Below, piece by piece: positions 25,903-35,537 of a DNA stretch of 48,991 bases (positions are counted from its first letter, which is position 1; every line of letters begins with the position of its first letter). The position numbers and the translations under genes are program-made. Below the pieces are notes generated by a model. That model did not search any database. It was not told the DNA's origin and saw only the letters and a program-made list of their open reading frames with translations. Source of the stretch: a virus (Duplodnaviria > Caudoviricetes); IMG/VR virus record IMGVR_UViG_3300017658_000264, positions 1 through 48,991 of that record; one strand, given 5' to 3'.

Positions 25903-26059
25903 GAAGGTCGTCGGTGGTCATCCGTGGATCATCGAGAAACACCACATCGGTGGTCTCAACCGCCTTCTTCAAGGCTCTGATATCGGCAGAAAGCGCTTCG
26001 ATCTTGACGGATTGGTCGAGGATCAACGTCTTCAACGCTCGGAACTGATCATCAGACAT
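25862..26059 (-). CDS. possible small antisense coiled-coil protein
   Basis: MSDDQFRALKTLILDQ...; occupies an otherwise empty gap. Confidence 0.3.
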   Translation of the reverse strand: MSDDQFRALKTLILDQSVKIEALSADIRALKKAVETTDVVFLDDPRMTTDDLLKTLQSREPGSGN

Positions 26060-27215
26060 GGACACGTTTTCGGTCCCCAGAGAGTGGGAAGGGCAAGCGG
26101 CATTCGTGATCGGCGGCGGCCCTTCTGTCAAGGGCTTCGACTTTGATCGCCTCCGAGGCCGGAACGTCATCGCCGTCAACAATGCCGGTCTCGATCTCGC
26201 TCCATGGGCTCATGTCCTACTGTGGGTGGATCGTCGATGGCTTGACTGGAATCATGGCCGGCTCGAGCTGCACAAGGGGAAATACAAGATTAGCCGGAAG
26301 CGGCCGCACATCGAGACCGGCCACGATATCAGGTTTATGCGGTTCTTGCCGCGCCGCCTTTCACATTGGCCTGATACGCTCGGCGGTTGGTGCGGTGGCT
26401 CATCCGGGATCAATCTCGCATACCTCATGGGGGCAAGGGTGGTCGTTCTCATGGGCTTCGACATGAGGCCGGGGAATTACCATCAAGATCACCAGCTGCC
26501 CCCCGTCCCAGGCCAGCACAGGGATCGCTTCATACCGACGCTTGAAGCCATGGAGCCCGAACTGACGAAGGCGGGCGTCCTTGTGCTCAACACCAATCCG
26601 AGAAGTGCCCTGCGGTGCTTCCCATTCGCTGACATCGAGGAATTGCTGTCCATGGACAATCTCGCCGCCGTCGAGCGCGAAAAGTACGTCGCTGTCTGGC
26701 AGCGCCAGGAATACCGGAAAGTCAGCCCCGGCATGCTGGAATGTGAAAGGGCGTTCACGATCTGCCGGATGATGTCGAGCCAGACGCTCATCGATTTCGG
26801 CGCCGGCCCGGCGCGGGCGACGAAGTGGTTTGAAGAGAAGGGCCTTGACGCCATCGCCGTCGATTTCGCCCCCAACGCGCGCGAGACCGACGTCCCATTC
26901 GTTGAGGCCTGCCTATGGGATATGCCGGAAGCGCTGCCTCCCGCCGACTACGGCTACTGCTGCGACGTGATGGAGCATATCCCGGGGCACAAGGTCGATG
27001 ACGTGCTCGGCGGCATTTCGGCAAGAGTGAAGCGGGCGGCATATTTCCGCATCGCCACCCGGCCCGACAGGATGGGCCCGAAACTGCTCAAGGTTCCGCT
27101 CCACCTCACGGTCAGAGATGGCGAATGGTGGCGGCGCAAGGTCGAGGCGCATTTCGCGTTGGTCGATGTCGTCGAGAATACCGGGCGGGACGTGGTTCTG
27201 CTGGCGAGGCCGTAG
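26058..27215 (+). CDS. fusion of a Maf/MptE-like (glycosyltransferase-related) domain and a class I SAM methyltransferase
   Basis: N-terminal VIGGGPS, IAVNN and LMGFDM; C-terminal IDFGAG, AVD and DVMEHIP. Confidence 0.75.
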   Translation: MDTFSVPREWEGQAAFVIGGGPSVKGFDFDRLRGRNVIAVNNAGLDLAPWAHVLLWVDRRWLDWNHGRLELHKGKYKISRKRPHIETGHDIRFMRFLPRRLSHWPDTLGGWCGGSSGINLAYLMGARVVVLMGFDMRPGNYHQDHQLPPVPGQHRDRFIPTLEAMEPELTKAGVLVLNTNPRSALRCFPFADIEELLSMDNLAAVEREKYVAVWQRQEYRKVSPGMLECERAFTICRMMSSQTLIDFGAGPARATKWFEEKGLDAIAVDFAPNARETDVPFVEACLWDMPEALPPADYGYCCDVMEHIPGHKVDDVLGGISARVKRAAYFRIATRPDRMGPKLLKVPLHLTVRDGEWWRRKVEAHFALVDVVENTGRDVVLLARP

Positions 27216-27223
27216 GAGGCTCC

Positions 27224-28354
27224 ATGCAATTCGTTGATGCTGCACCGATCGCGGGAACGCGACGGACCGCCGATGGCTATCTGGTCGCCGAGGTGCGTAC
27301 GGCACGCACTGGAATTCAGGATTATGCCGGCTTTGAGGTCGGGCGTCCCGACATGCCTATCGTCAAGGTCTATCGTCCAGCCGATCAGGTCTTCGCGAAA
27401 GGCAGCATGGGCAGCTACGCCCATAAGCCGGTGACGAACGATCACCCGGCGGAGGCCGTGAGTGCCGCGAACTGGAAAGACCTCGCGGTCGGCCAGATCG
27501 GCGACGAGGTGGCGCGTGATGGGGAGTTCGTGCGCATCCCGCTCGTTGTCATGGACGCTGCGGCCATCAAGCTCGTCGAGGACGGCAAGCGCGAACTGTC
27601 TGCCGGCTACGTCTGTGACCTTGCTTGGGAAGCAGGTGTAACGCCGGACGGCCAAGCATACGACGCCATCCAGAAGGACATTCGGATCAACCATGTTGCG
27701 ATTGTGCAGAACGGTCGCGCTGGTTCCAAGGCTCGCATCGGCGACGGTGCGATTTCGTGGGGCGTTGCCCCTGTGACCAATGATCAGCAACCCGAAAAGG
27801 AAAAGATCATGACCCTGAAGACGGTTACCGTCGATGGAATCCCGGTCGAGGTGACCGACCAGGGCGCCACCGTCATCGCCACGCTGCAGTCGCGGCTTGC
27901 CGATGCGGTCTCCAAGATCACCGCCACTGAAACGGCTCACCAGACGGCCATCGCCGCCAAGGATGCCGAACTCGCCAAGAAGGACGCCGAAATCGACGCC
28001 CTCAAGGTCAAGGTTCTCGACGAAAAGGCCCTCGATGCCAAGGTGCAGGCGCGCGCCGACCTGATTTCCCTTGCTACCAAGATCGCCAAGGACGTCAAAA
28101 CCGAGGGCCTGACCGATGCCGAGATCCGCAAGGCGGTCGTCGTCGCCAAGGTCGGCGATACGGCGATCAAGGACAAGCCGGAAGCCTACATCGACGCTCG
28201 TTTCGACATCCTCGCCGACGAAGCGAAGGCCGCTGCCGATCCGGTTCGCGGTGCGCTTCTCAACCGCGACACGACCATCAAGCCCACGGACAACGGCCAG
28301 GCTGCCTATGAGCAGCGTCTCGCCGATGCGTGGAAGCCGAAGAAGGAGGCCTAA
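27224..28354 (+). CDS. DUF2213 prohead protease/scaffold
   Basis: ARTGIQ.Y, VYRP, PVT.DHP, GKRELSAGY, INHVAIV..GRAG; coiled-coil tail. Confidence 0.9.
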   Translation: MQFVDAAPIAGTRRTADGYLVAEVRTARTGIQDYAGFEVGRPDMPIVKVYRPADQVFAKGSMGSYAHKPVTNDHPAEAVSAANWKDLAVGQIGDEVARDGEFVRIPLVVMDAAAIKLVEDGKRELSAGYVCDLAWEAGVTPDGQAYDAIQKDIRINHVAIVQNGRAGSKARIGDGAISWGVAPVTNDQQPEKEKIMTLKTVTVDGIPVEVTDQGATVIATLQSRLADAVSKITATETAHQTAIAAKDAELAKKDAEIDALKVKVLDEKALDAKVQARADLISLATKIAKDVKTEGLTDAEIRKAVVVAKVGDTAIKDKPEAYIDARFDILADEAKAAADPVRGALLNRDTTIKPTDNGQAAYEQRLADAWKPKKEA

Positions 28355-28357
28355 CCG

Positions 28358-28834
28358 ATGGCTGTACAGACCGCCTACAACGATACGATGGACGCCGCTC
28401 GCGCCGGCCAGATCGCCAACATGGAACCCGTCGACCTGATCTCCCGCACCGTCGCAGATGCCGCCGGCATCGGCTTCGGCAAGGTCGTCCAGGAAGCGGC
28501 GGCGGACGGCTCCAAGGACGGGCAGTGCACCGCCGACCTCGATACGGCGGATATGGATGCCTACAAGTTCCTCGGCATCACCGTCCGCGAGCGCTCGGTT
28601 CGCCCGGAAACGCCCAATGCATTCGCTCAGTACGAAAGCGCACGCATCATGCGTAAGGGCGTGATCTGGGTCGAAGTCGCCGGTGCGGTTTCGGCGGGCC
28701 AGGACGTCACCGTCACCCTCGCCACCGGCGTTCTCGGCACGGCTGCCGTTGGCGCTGGCGTCGTCGCCATCCCGAACGCCCGGTGGGAATCGTCCACCTC
28801 CGGCGCCGGGCTCGCAAAGCTCCGTCTCGGCTAA
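28358..28834 (+). CDS. capsid decoration/cement protein
   Basis: Lies between protease and major capsid; IGFG and G.IWV motifs. Confidence 0.75.
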   Translation: MAVQTAYNDTMDAARAGQIANMEPVDLISRTVADAAGIGFGKVVQEAAADGSKDGQCTADLDTADMDAYKFLGITVRERSVRPETPNAFAQYESARIMRKGVIWVEVAGAVSAGQDVTVTLATGVLGTAAVGAGVVAIPNARWESSTSGAGLAKLRLG

Positions 28835-28851
28835 TCGAAAGGAACCGATCA

Positions 28852-29784
28852 ATGAACCCGAACTTCCAGTTCGACGCGCAGGCCGCGATGGGCTTTGTGG
28901 TCTCCCAGACCACGCATGTCGAGACCGCCGTCAACGAAACCGTCTATCCGGATATCCAGTATCCGGCCCTGATCCCGGTGGACACGTCGGCGCACCCGTT
29001 CGCGCAGACCGTCACCTATTACAGCTCCGACAAGTTCGGCAAGGCCAGCTGGATCAACGGCAATGCCGATGACATCCCGCTCGCCGGAACCGAACTGACC
29101 CAGCACAAGACGTCGGTCTATACGGCCGGCATCGGCTACGGCTGGGGCTGGGAAGAGGTCAATGTCGCCATGATGCTCGGCCGGAATCTGCCGAACGACG
29201 ACGCCATGGCCGCCCGCCGCGCCTACGAGGAGATGGTGGACCGGGTCGCTCTTGCCGGCGATGCCGAAAAGAACTTCCAGGGCCTCATCGACAACTCGGC
29301 CATCACGCCGACCGGCGCGACCAATGGTGACTGGGGCGGGACCGGCACGACGGAAGACCAGGTACTGGCCGACGTCAACGACGCGATTCTCGCGACCGCG
29401 ACGGACACCAAGTACACGTCCATCGCCGACACGCTGCTGCTCTCCAACGGCAAGCTGAACTATCTGGCAACGACCCGCCTCGGGGATACCGAGACGACGC
29501 TGCTGAAGTTCCTGCGGGAGAACAACACGTTCACCGCGACGACGGGCCGACCGCTCACGATCCGCGGCGTTCGCGGCCTCGAAACGGTCGGCGCCGGCAA
29601 CACCGAGCGCATGATCGCCTATCGCCGTGACCCGCAGGTGCTGAAGCTGCACATTCCGATGCCGCATCGCTTCCTCGGCGTCTACCAGGACGGCCCGCTG
29701 CACTGGGTCGTTCCCGGCGTCTTCCGCCTCGGCGGCCTCGACATCCGGCGCCCGCTGGAAGTCAAGTATCGCGACGGCATCTGA
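28852..29784 (+). CDS. major capsid protein (DUF2184-like)
   Basis: AAAGGA RBS; ADDIP, GD.....GL and GG..IRRP....Y.DGI motifs. Confidence 0.9.
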   Translation: MNPNFQFDAQAAMGFVVSQTTHVETAVNETVYPDIQYPALIPVDTSAHPFAQTVTYYSSDKFGKASWINGNADDIPLAGTELTQHKTSVYTAGIGYGWGWEEVNVAMMLGRNLPNDDAMAARRAYEEMVDRVALAGDAEKNFQGLIDNSAITPTGATNGDWGGTGTTEDQVLADVNDAILATATDTKYTSIADTLLLSNGKLNYLATTRLGDTETTLLKFLRENNTFTATTGRPLTIRGVRGLETVGAGNTERMIAYRRDPQVLKLHIPMPHRFLGVYQDGPLHWVVPGVFRLGGLDIRRPLEVKYRDGI

Positions 29785-29786
29785 TC

Positions 29787-30131
29787 ATGGCCGTCATCGT
29801 CTCGAAACACAAAGGTCCGCTCGGTCTTCCGCGCGGGCCCGTTCTCCGGCCCGGCGTCGAAACGAACATCGACCAGTGGCCGTACATCAAGAACCATGCC
29901 GTCGTTAAGGCATGGCTCGCATCCGGTATCCTCTCCGTCGTCGGGGAGGAGCACGGAGAACCTGAGCCCGTCGATCCTCCGGAAGGTCGCGGGGCAGGAG
30001 AAGGCAACCCCGCGCCGGATGAGGAACTCGAAAAGCTCCGGAGCGAGGCAAAGGAACTCGGCATTGCGCCTCACTGGCGTTGGTCGAAGGAAACGCTTCG
30101 CGAGAAGATCGACGCGAAACTGGCGGAGTGA
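29787..30131 (+). CDS. hypothetical virion-associated protein
   Basis: Follows the major capsid gene; C-terminal small helical motif (AKELGI...W..ETLREKI). Confidence 0.7.
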   Translation: MAVIVSKHKGPLGLPRGPVLRPGVETNIDQWPYIKNHAVVKAWLASGILSVVGEEHGEPEPVDPPEGRGAGEGNPAPDEELEKLRSEAKELGIAPHWRWSKETLREKIDAKLAE

Positions 30132-30134
30132 CCC

Positions 30135-30551
30135 ATGGCCTATGTGACGCCGACGCCGGAACTATTCAAAGCTCGTTTCACCGAGTTCACCGCAGTGTCC
30201 AACATACTTGTCGGCCTGGTGCTCGGGGAGGCAGTAGAGCGCGTCGGCGACACATGGCTGGAGCGTGATCGGGCGAGGGCGCAGATGTACCTTGCTGCGC
30301 ACCTCCTCGCCATGGAGGGAGAACCCGCCCGCTCCGCCGCGATCGCTAATGGCGGAACCGGCAGCGAAACGCTCCTCAACGGCGCTGTGAAGCGGCGAAA
30401 GGTCGGCGACGTGGAAACGGAATTTGCTGGCGTCTCGTCCGGTGACACCGGCTCCTCTGGTGGCCTTGCGGCATCGTACACCACCACTGCCTATGGACGT
30501 CGGTTTATCGAGTTGATGCGCCTGAATTTCCCGTCGGTCGCTGCCGTATGA
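30135..30551 (+). CDS. head-tail adaptor (DUF4054-like)
   Basis: FKARF.EF, YLAAHL and T.YG..F motifs. Confidence 0.8.
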   Translation: MAYVTPTPELFKARFTEFTAVSNILVGLVLGEAVERVGDTWLERDRARAQMYLAAHLLAMEGEPARSAAIANGGTGSETLLNGAVKRRKVGDVETEFAGVSSGDTGSSGGLAASYTTTAYGRRFIELMRLNFPSVAAV

Positions 30552-31024
30552 CCTTCACTGTCTCAGTCCGCCGCACCAAGCATATCGACCTGTCCAAGGT
30601 CCAGATGGGCTTGCGTGGCCCTACCATCGTCAAGGTTGGTTTCCCCGCTGGCGAGGCAGACGCGGACAACATCCAGAAGGCGGTGTGGAACGAGTTTGGG
30701 ACTCGCGGCGGTGCTTCCGGTGGAGGTTGGGGCGGTCCAGTCCCGGAACGTCCGTTCCTTCGCAACGCCATGCGCGACAATACCACGAAGTATCGCAACG
30801 GCATGAAGGCATCTGCCGCGAAGCTGCTCACCGGGCAGACCACGATTTCGGTTGTTTTGTCGAAGCTCGGGATACTGGCGCAAGGCGATATTCAGGAAGA
30901 GATCACCGCACTTTCCAGCCCGCCGAACAGCCCTGTGACCGTCGAACTCAAGGGCTCCAGCAACCCGCTCATCGACAGTGGCGAGATGCGCGGAGCCGTA
31001 ACCTATAAGGTCGACAGGCGATGA
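30548..31024 (+). CDS. neck/tail completion protein
   Basis: NEFG, PERPFLR, PNSP.T...KG and PLIDSG motifs. Confidence 0.8.
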   Translation: MTFTVSVRRTKHIDLSKVQMGLRGPTIVKVGFPAGEADADNIQKAVWNEFGTRGGASGGGWGGPVPERPFLRNAMRDNTTKYRNGMKASAAKLLTGQTTISVVLSKLGILAQGDIQEEITALSSPPNSPVTVELKGSSNPLIDSGEMRGAVTYKVDRR

Positions 31025-31356
31025 TCGATATTGCTGTGGCAATCGATGGCGAAGCGGTCAACGTCTCGCTGACCCGGGAAGGCTCTGGGGGCTACTGGAA
31101 CGACGACGGCGAGTGGGTGCCTGGTGGCCCGTCAACCTCGACGATCAGGGCTGCTATCCAGCCCGCGAACGGTAACCAGTTGATGGACCTGCCGGAAGGT
31201 CTTCGCGTTGAGGCTCGCTGGCTTCTCTGGAGCCGGTCGGAAGTGAAACTGGATGACGAGATTGCCTCGGGTGGCGTGTCCTACCGGGTGATGTATCTCT
31301 GGCCCCGCATGGAAGGCGGGTTCTATCGGGCGGCGGTGGGGAGGCTTTCTCCATGA
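31021..31356 (+). CDS. head closure protein
   Basis: Position; G.W, IQP and LPEG.R motifs. Confidence 0.7.
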   Translation: MIDIAVAIDGEAVNVSLTREGSGGYWNDDGEWVPGGPSTSTIRAAIQPANGNQLMDLPEGLRVEARWLLWSRSEVKLDDEIASGGVSYRVMYLWPRMEGGFYRAAVGRLSP

Positions 31357-31874
31357 CCAACGATGAAGTCTGGAGCGCCGTCGTCCGCTGGGTGAAGACG
31401 AAGACCGGCAAGATCACAATCAAGTCGCACCAGAGCGGCCCATCGCCGGCCACCCCATACGCCATGGTGAACTTCACCGGGGCGGCGGAGGTGCGGCGCT
31501 GGCACTCGAACGTCGAATACGAACACGCTGATACCGGAGATATCGATACCGGCGATGTCTTCCCGGACGTCACGGCGCGGATGGTCATCGAAATGGAATG
31601 GCGGTTTTCTGTCCATGCCTATGGACCGGACCCGTCCGACGTCCTCCGCCCCATCGTGTCGGCGCACAAACTGACCCAGGCAATGGAGCCGATGTTCCCG
31701 AACCTGATGGTTCACGAAATCTCCCAAATCCGGAACGTGCCCGACTGGATCAACGAGCAATGGCAGCCAAGGGCACAGATGGACCTCATCGTGCGCGGCA
31801 TCATCCGCGATAGCGCGGGGCCTGTCGAAATCATCGAAGAAACGTCGCCGATAGTCATCGAGCGGCAGGACTAG
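31353..31874 (+). CDS. tail terminator/neck protein
   Basis: Position directly before the sheath gene. Confidence 0.65.
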   Translation: MTNDEVWSAVVRWVKTKTGKITIKSHQSGPSPATPYAMVNFTGAAEVRRWHSNVEYEHADTGDIDTGDVFPDVTARMVIEMEWRFSVHAYGPDPSDVLRPIVSAHKLTQAMEPMFPNLMVHEISQIRNVPDWINEQWQPRAQMDLIVRGIIRDSAGPVEIIEETSPIVIERQD

Positions 31875-31898
31875 CAACCCACCAGAAAGGAAAGCCCG

Positions 31899-33041
31899 AT
31901 GGCTGTTCTTCCGATTTCGCGCAATGTTCGGGTGAGCATTACGCGGCAAAATCGCTTTGCGACCCGTCGAGGCTTCGGCGTGCCGCTCCTCCTCACGTCT
32001 GAAAGCGTGGCCGGCGTTCTCGACGCTGCAAAGCCAGTCTTCTATGCGTCGTCCATCGATGAGGTGGCGGCACATTGGGACGCTGGCGATGCCCCGTATG
32101 ATGCGGCTCTTGCAGCGTTCTCACAGAACCCGCGCCCTCTCCAGGTAGCGTTCGGCTATTACGAAGCCAGCACCGGGCTTACGGCCAATGACCTTTCCGA
32201 CGCGCTCGACGCCATCCAGGACTACGATACCGGGTGGTATTGGATCGACGTGGAGCCGGCGCTTCGCGACACGGATGCGCTCGATGGCCTCGTGGCATGG
32301 GTCGAGGCTCAGACCAAGATGGCGATCATCACTTCCAACGATCCGCTTCTGAAGGACCCCGCGGACACCAGCAACATCGCGGCCCGCCACAAGGGCACGG
32401 TGGAGCGGACGGCGGTCTTCTACCATCCGACGGCCACGCTTTACCCCGGCTTCGCGCTTGCGGCCAAGCTCGGCACGTTCTCGTTCGACAATGCGAATTC
32501 GGCATATACGGCGAAGTACAAGCCGCTGGCCGGAATCACGCCGATCAACATCCTGTCCGATCAGGCGCGGGCCATCGACGGCTTCGTGCCGGCCATCGGT
32601 CAGAGTTCTGCAACGGGTCATCTGGCGAACATCTATATCGACCAGGGCGGCATCAATCAGGTGGAGCAGGGTTCCACCCTGACGGCCAACGTCTTCATCG
32701 ACGAAATCCATTCCGGCGACTGGATGGTAGCCCGGTGCGAGGAAGAACTCCTCAACGTGCTTCGCAATAACAACGTCGTCGGCTTCGACGATGCGGGCAT
32801 GCAGCTTCTCGCCAGCGGCCCGAGGATCGTCACCCAACAGGCAATTCGCGCCGGGCTGATCGCCAACGATCTGAACCCGGAGACCGGGGATTATGAACCG
32901 GCCGTCGTCATCGAAGTGCCGTCTGTCTTCTCCGTCCCGGCCAGCCAGCGCAAGAACCGCATCGCCCCGCCGATCACCATCTATTTCCGCGCCCGCGGTG
33001 CTGTGCATTACGCCCAGGCCGATTTCGTGGTCTCGTACTAA
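31899..33041 (+). CDS. tail sheath protein (DUF3383-like)
   Basis: AA..FSQNPRP, K.L.GI, FID.IH..DW and GAVH motifs. Confidence 0.85.
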   Translation: MAVLPISRNVRVSITRQNRFATRRGFGVPLLLTSESVAGVLDAAKPVFYASSIDEVAAHWDAGDAPYDAALAAFSQNPRPLQVAFGYYEASTGLTANDLSDALDAIQDYDTGWYWIDVEPALRDTDALDGLVAWVEAQTKMAIITSNDPLLKDPADTSNIAARHKGTVERTAVFYHPTATLYPGFALAAKLGTFSFDNANSAYTAKYKPLAGITPINILSDQARAIDGFVPAIGQSSATGHLANIYIDQGGINQVEQGSTLTANVFIDEIHSGDWMVARCEEELLNVLRNNNVVGFDDAGMQLLASGPRIVTQQAIRAGLIANDLNPETGDYEPAVVIEVPSVFSVPASQRKNRIAPPITIYFRARGAVHYAQADFVVSY

Positions 33042-33054
33042 AGGAGCCTGACCA

Positions 33055-33489
33055 ATGTCTCAAACATCCGCTTATGGCTTCCAGAACGTATCCGCATCGG
33101 TCGACGGCCAGAAGGTCGTTGGCCTCTGGGATGGGGATGATCCGATCTCCGTTGCGCCGGCCGCCGACAAAGGGACCGGGCTTGTCGGTGCCGATGGTGC
33201 TGGCATCTTCTCGGTTTCGGCCAATCGCGGCGCGATGATTACCATCCGCCTCCAGCACACCAGCCCGACCCATCGGCTTCTCAGCCAGAAGCTCAAGCGC
33301 CAACAGGCCCTTGCGAGCATGACGGCGGCGTTCCCGTTCAGTTTCATGGACGCAGGATCGGGCGAGGGCGGCTCTGCCGACAAGTGCTTCATCCAGACCG
33401 CGCCCACGGACCAGAAGGGCGTGAACGCCGTGGTGCGCGAATGGGTGCTGTGGACCGCAGACTGGAACCCGGAGATCCCCAATGGGTGA
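33055..33489 (+). CDS. tail tube protein (DUF3277-like)
   Basis: VGADG, ITIRL..TSP and REW motifs; follows the sheath gene. Confidence 0.8.
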   Translation: MSQTSAYGFQNVSASVDGQKVVGLWDGDDPISVAPAADKGTGLVGADGAGIFSVSANRGAMITIRLQHTSPTHRLLSQKLKRQQALASMTAAFPFSFMDAGSGEGGSADKCFIQTAPTDQKGVNAVVREWVLWTADWNPEIPNG

Positions 33490-33919
33490 ACGCAAAATCC
33501 GAGGCATGGAGATCAAGGTCGACCGGCCACTCGCAACGGAGGCGCTGCGCCTTCAAGCCCGTCTCATGCGCGCGGCCGGCGGCGTTGCCGATCAACTCCC
33601 CGAACTGATCGGCTCGCTTCGTGCCGCACAGACGGACGAAGCAAAGCAGGCGGTCGGCGTGAAGTTCGTTGGCGTGCTGACCGGCGTCTTTGCCGAACTG
33701 GAGCCCGACGAATACGCCCGCCTTGTCGGCGACATCATCGGTCTCGCCCGCCTGAAACGGCCGTCCGGTGCTTATGAGGTGATGGACCTCGATGGCGACT
33801 TTACCGAGGACTTCGGCGCCATCATCCCCGTTGCCGCCTTCGTGCTGAAAGAGGTGTTCGGGGATTTTTTCTCCGCCGCGCCGGGCAGTGGCATCCGAGG
33901 GGTGGCGGGAAGGGCCTGA
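33482..33919 (+). CDS. tail assembly chaperone
   Basis: Follows the tube gene; slippery site near the 3' end. Confidence 0.75.
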   Translation: MGERKIRGMEIKVDRPLATEALRLQARLMRAAGGVADQLPELIGSLRAAQTDEAKQAVGVKFVGVLTGVFAELEPDEYARLVGDIIGLARLKRPSGAYEVMDLDGDFTEDFGAIIPVAAFVLKEVFGDFFSAAPGSGIRGVAGRA

Positions 33920-34104
33920 CGACGGCCGAGGTCGGGCGGATCGCGCCCAACCTCAATATGTGGCTGTGGCGGCCAATCCTCGCGGACCCGCCGATCTACA
34001 CCCAGGCCGATCTAAGGCAATGGGTCACGCTACAGGACGTCATGGACGCCCATGAAGCGCTCGATCTGAAAGCCGCCATGCAAGAGAAGAGCCGAAAGGA
34101 TTAA
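33865..34104 (+). CDS. -1 frameshift extension of the tail assembly chaperone (G-T type)
   Basis: T TTT TTC at 33865-33871; -1 frame stays open to TAA 34102-34104 (..WLWRPI..TLQDVMDAHEALD..). Confidence 0.7.
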   Translation, partial: FFLRRAGQWHPRGGGKGLTTAEVGRIAPNLNMWLWRPILADPPIYTQADLRQWVTLQDVMDAHEALDLKAAMQEKSRKD

Positions 34105-34580
34105 TCACACCGCGCGCCGCGGACCACGCAAGGCGGGATGAAGGTGCCGGACCATATGCCGAGCTTCGCGTCCTGTGCCTGGCGCTGCTCCTTCGCATAT
34201 CGGCCCTTGCTGTATTTCGGCCAGTCGATGGCATGACCGTTGGAAACCAGCCATTGGTTCACGTCAGTGCCATCGGCGCGGGTACAGATGGCGACGATGC
34301 GGTTATGGTCCCTTCCGGTCTTGCGGCAGGAGACGGGGCGGGATTCGGCGAGGAACCTATCAAGGGCCTCCGCCGATACCTTGCCGCAACGGTAGGGCTT
34401 GCCGGCGGCATCAACACAGGACTGTCGGCTCTCCGGGGCGTCGATGCCGTCGAAGCGAATGCGGGTGCCGTGGATATCGATTGTGTCGCCGTCGATGACG
34501 GAGGCGCGGCCGGTGATATCGGTGGCGAAGAGCGGTGCAGGGGCCAGCAAGGCAAGGGTGAGGATCAGCTTGCCGAGCAT
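34101..34580 (-). CDS. secreted thermonuclease (SNase-like)
   Basis: Signal peptide; VIDGDT, IRFDGIDAPE, LV..G.A and AK.GIW motifs. Confidence 0.9.
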   Translation of the reverse strand: MLGKLILTLALLAPAPLFATDITGRASVIDGDTIDIHGTRIRFDGIDAPESRQSCVDAAGKPYRCGKVSAEALDRFLAESRPVSCRKTGRDHNRIVAICTRADGTDVNQWLVSNGHAIDWPKYSKGRYAKEQRQAQDAKLGIWSGTFIPPCVVRGARCD

Positions 34581-34582
34581 AC

Positions 34583-34888
34583 CTATGCGCCAGAACTAAT
34601 CACAGCGATGCCGATGGTTGCGCCAAGGATAGCTCCAAGGACAACAGTAGGAAGCTGACGGCCGGAGAGGTCAAGCGCACCACCGACCAAGCCAGACATA
34701 ATGATGCAGCCAGCGAATGCTACCAGTTGGTTGGACACGCCTATTAGGGAAAGCGCGACCGAGGTGGCGACGAAAACAAGCCCAACGACCCCGCCGACCC
34801 ACGGTTTGGCTCTTACGATTACGGCTCCCACAACACCGCCAATGATAGAAATGAGGCCAGCAGCGACACTGGCGGAGACAACGTCCAT
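34583..34888 (-). CDS. small multi-pass membrane protein
   Basis: About four Gly-rich hydrophobic segments. Confidence 0.6.
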   Translation of the reverse strand: MDVVSASVAAGLISIIGGVVGAVIVRAKPWVGGVVGLVFVATSVALSLIGVSNQLVAFAGCIIMSGLVGGALDLSGRQLPTVVLGAILGATIGIAVISSGA

Positions 34889-34909
34889 CTGGTGTGACCT
34901 TCTGAAGTC

Positions 34910-35131
34910 CTACTTAAAGAGTGCCTTGAGCAGAGCCCAAAAGCTGAATGTAGTTCGGCTGTAGAGCCTATTATAGGCCGCTCTCTTCGGATTGGTTAGC
35001 CATCCCCAACCACGAGGCGCTTTGAGGCCCAGACTGTGCCGGACAACTCGTTTTATCGACGTGCGAGCGGCCAGGCTTTTCTTTAAGCTTGGCTTTCGCA
35101 TTCGGAATTTGAATGAGGATCTCCTGCCCAT
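34910..35131 (-). CDS. small very basic conserved phage protein
   Basis: RKPSLKKS..ARTS...GWGW.TNPK.A.YN..Y..TT. Confidence 0.65.
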   Translation of the reverse strand: MGRRSSFKFRMRKPSLKKSLAARTSIKRVVRHSLGLKAPRGWGWLTNPKRAAYNRLYSRTTFSFWALLKALFK

Positions 35132-35182
35132 CCTTCTCTCCCTCTATTCGGGATGAGATCACACGGGCAATCTGGAGTCGAG

Positions 35183-35518
35183 TCAGCTCTTGTCGTTGTC
35201 AACCGTCGTCGCCGCGACGTAGAGTTCCCGCAGGTTCTCGTCTACTCGCTTAATAAGGCTCGCGGCGCGTGGGTTTTCCTTTGAAAGACGATAGTCGGAC
35301 TTCAGTTCGGCTATGAGTTCGTCGGCAAGAACGGAGACAGCCATGCCCGCCTTTAGTAGGCGGCGGATAGCCTCGGGGCGAGTTGGAAGATCCATCGCGT
35401 GGCGTCGGAAGCCGTCGATGCTTTCGATCATCTCACGGGGAAGCCGCAGCGTCACAGCCTCAGTATCGACAGAGGGGCGACCGGTTTTTGACTTTTTAAT
35501 GTTATCTATTGACGTCAT
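35183..35518 (-). CDS. ribbon-helix-helix regulator
   Basis: GRP....AVTLRLP...IE.ID.......TRPEAIRRLL. Confidence 0.75.
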   Translation of the reverse strand: MTSIDNIKKSKTGRPSVDTEAVTLRLPREMIESIDGFRRHAMDLPTRPEAIRRLLKAGMAVSVLADELIAELKSDYRLSKENPRAASLIKRVDENLRELYVAATTVDNDKS

Positions 35519-35537
35519 GACTTTATGATGTCATAAA
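35509..35537 (+). promoter_or_regulatory. promoter/operator of the antirepressor operon
   Basis: TTGACG(35509-35514)-N17-CATAAA; palindromes TGACGTCA and TTATGA-TG-TCATAA. Confidence 0.5.

Noticed and set aside
26954-28852. 632-aa minus-strand ORF
   Set aside because: Antisense shadow of well-supported head genes
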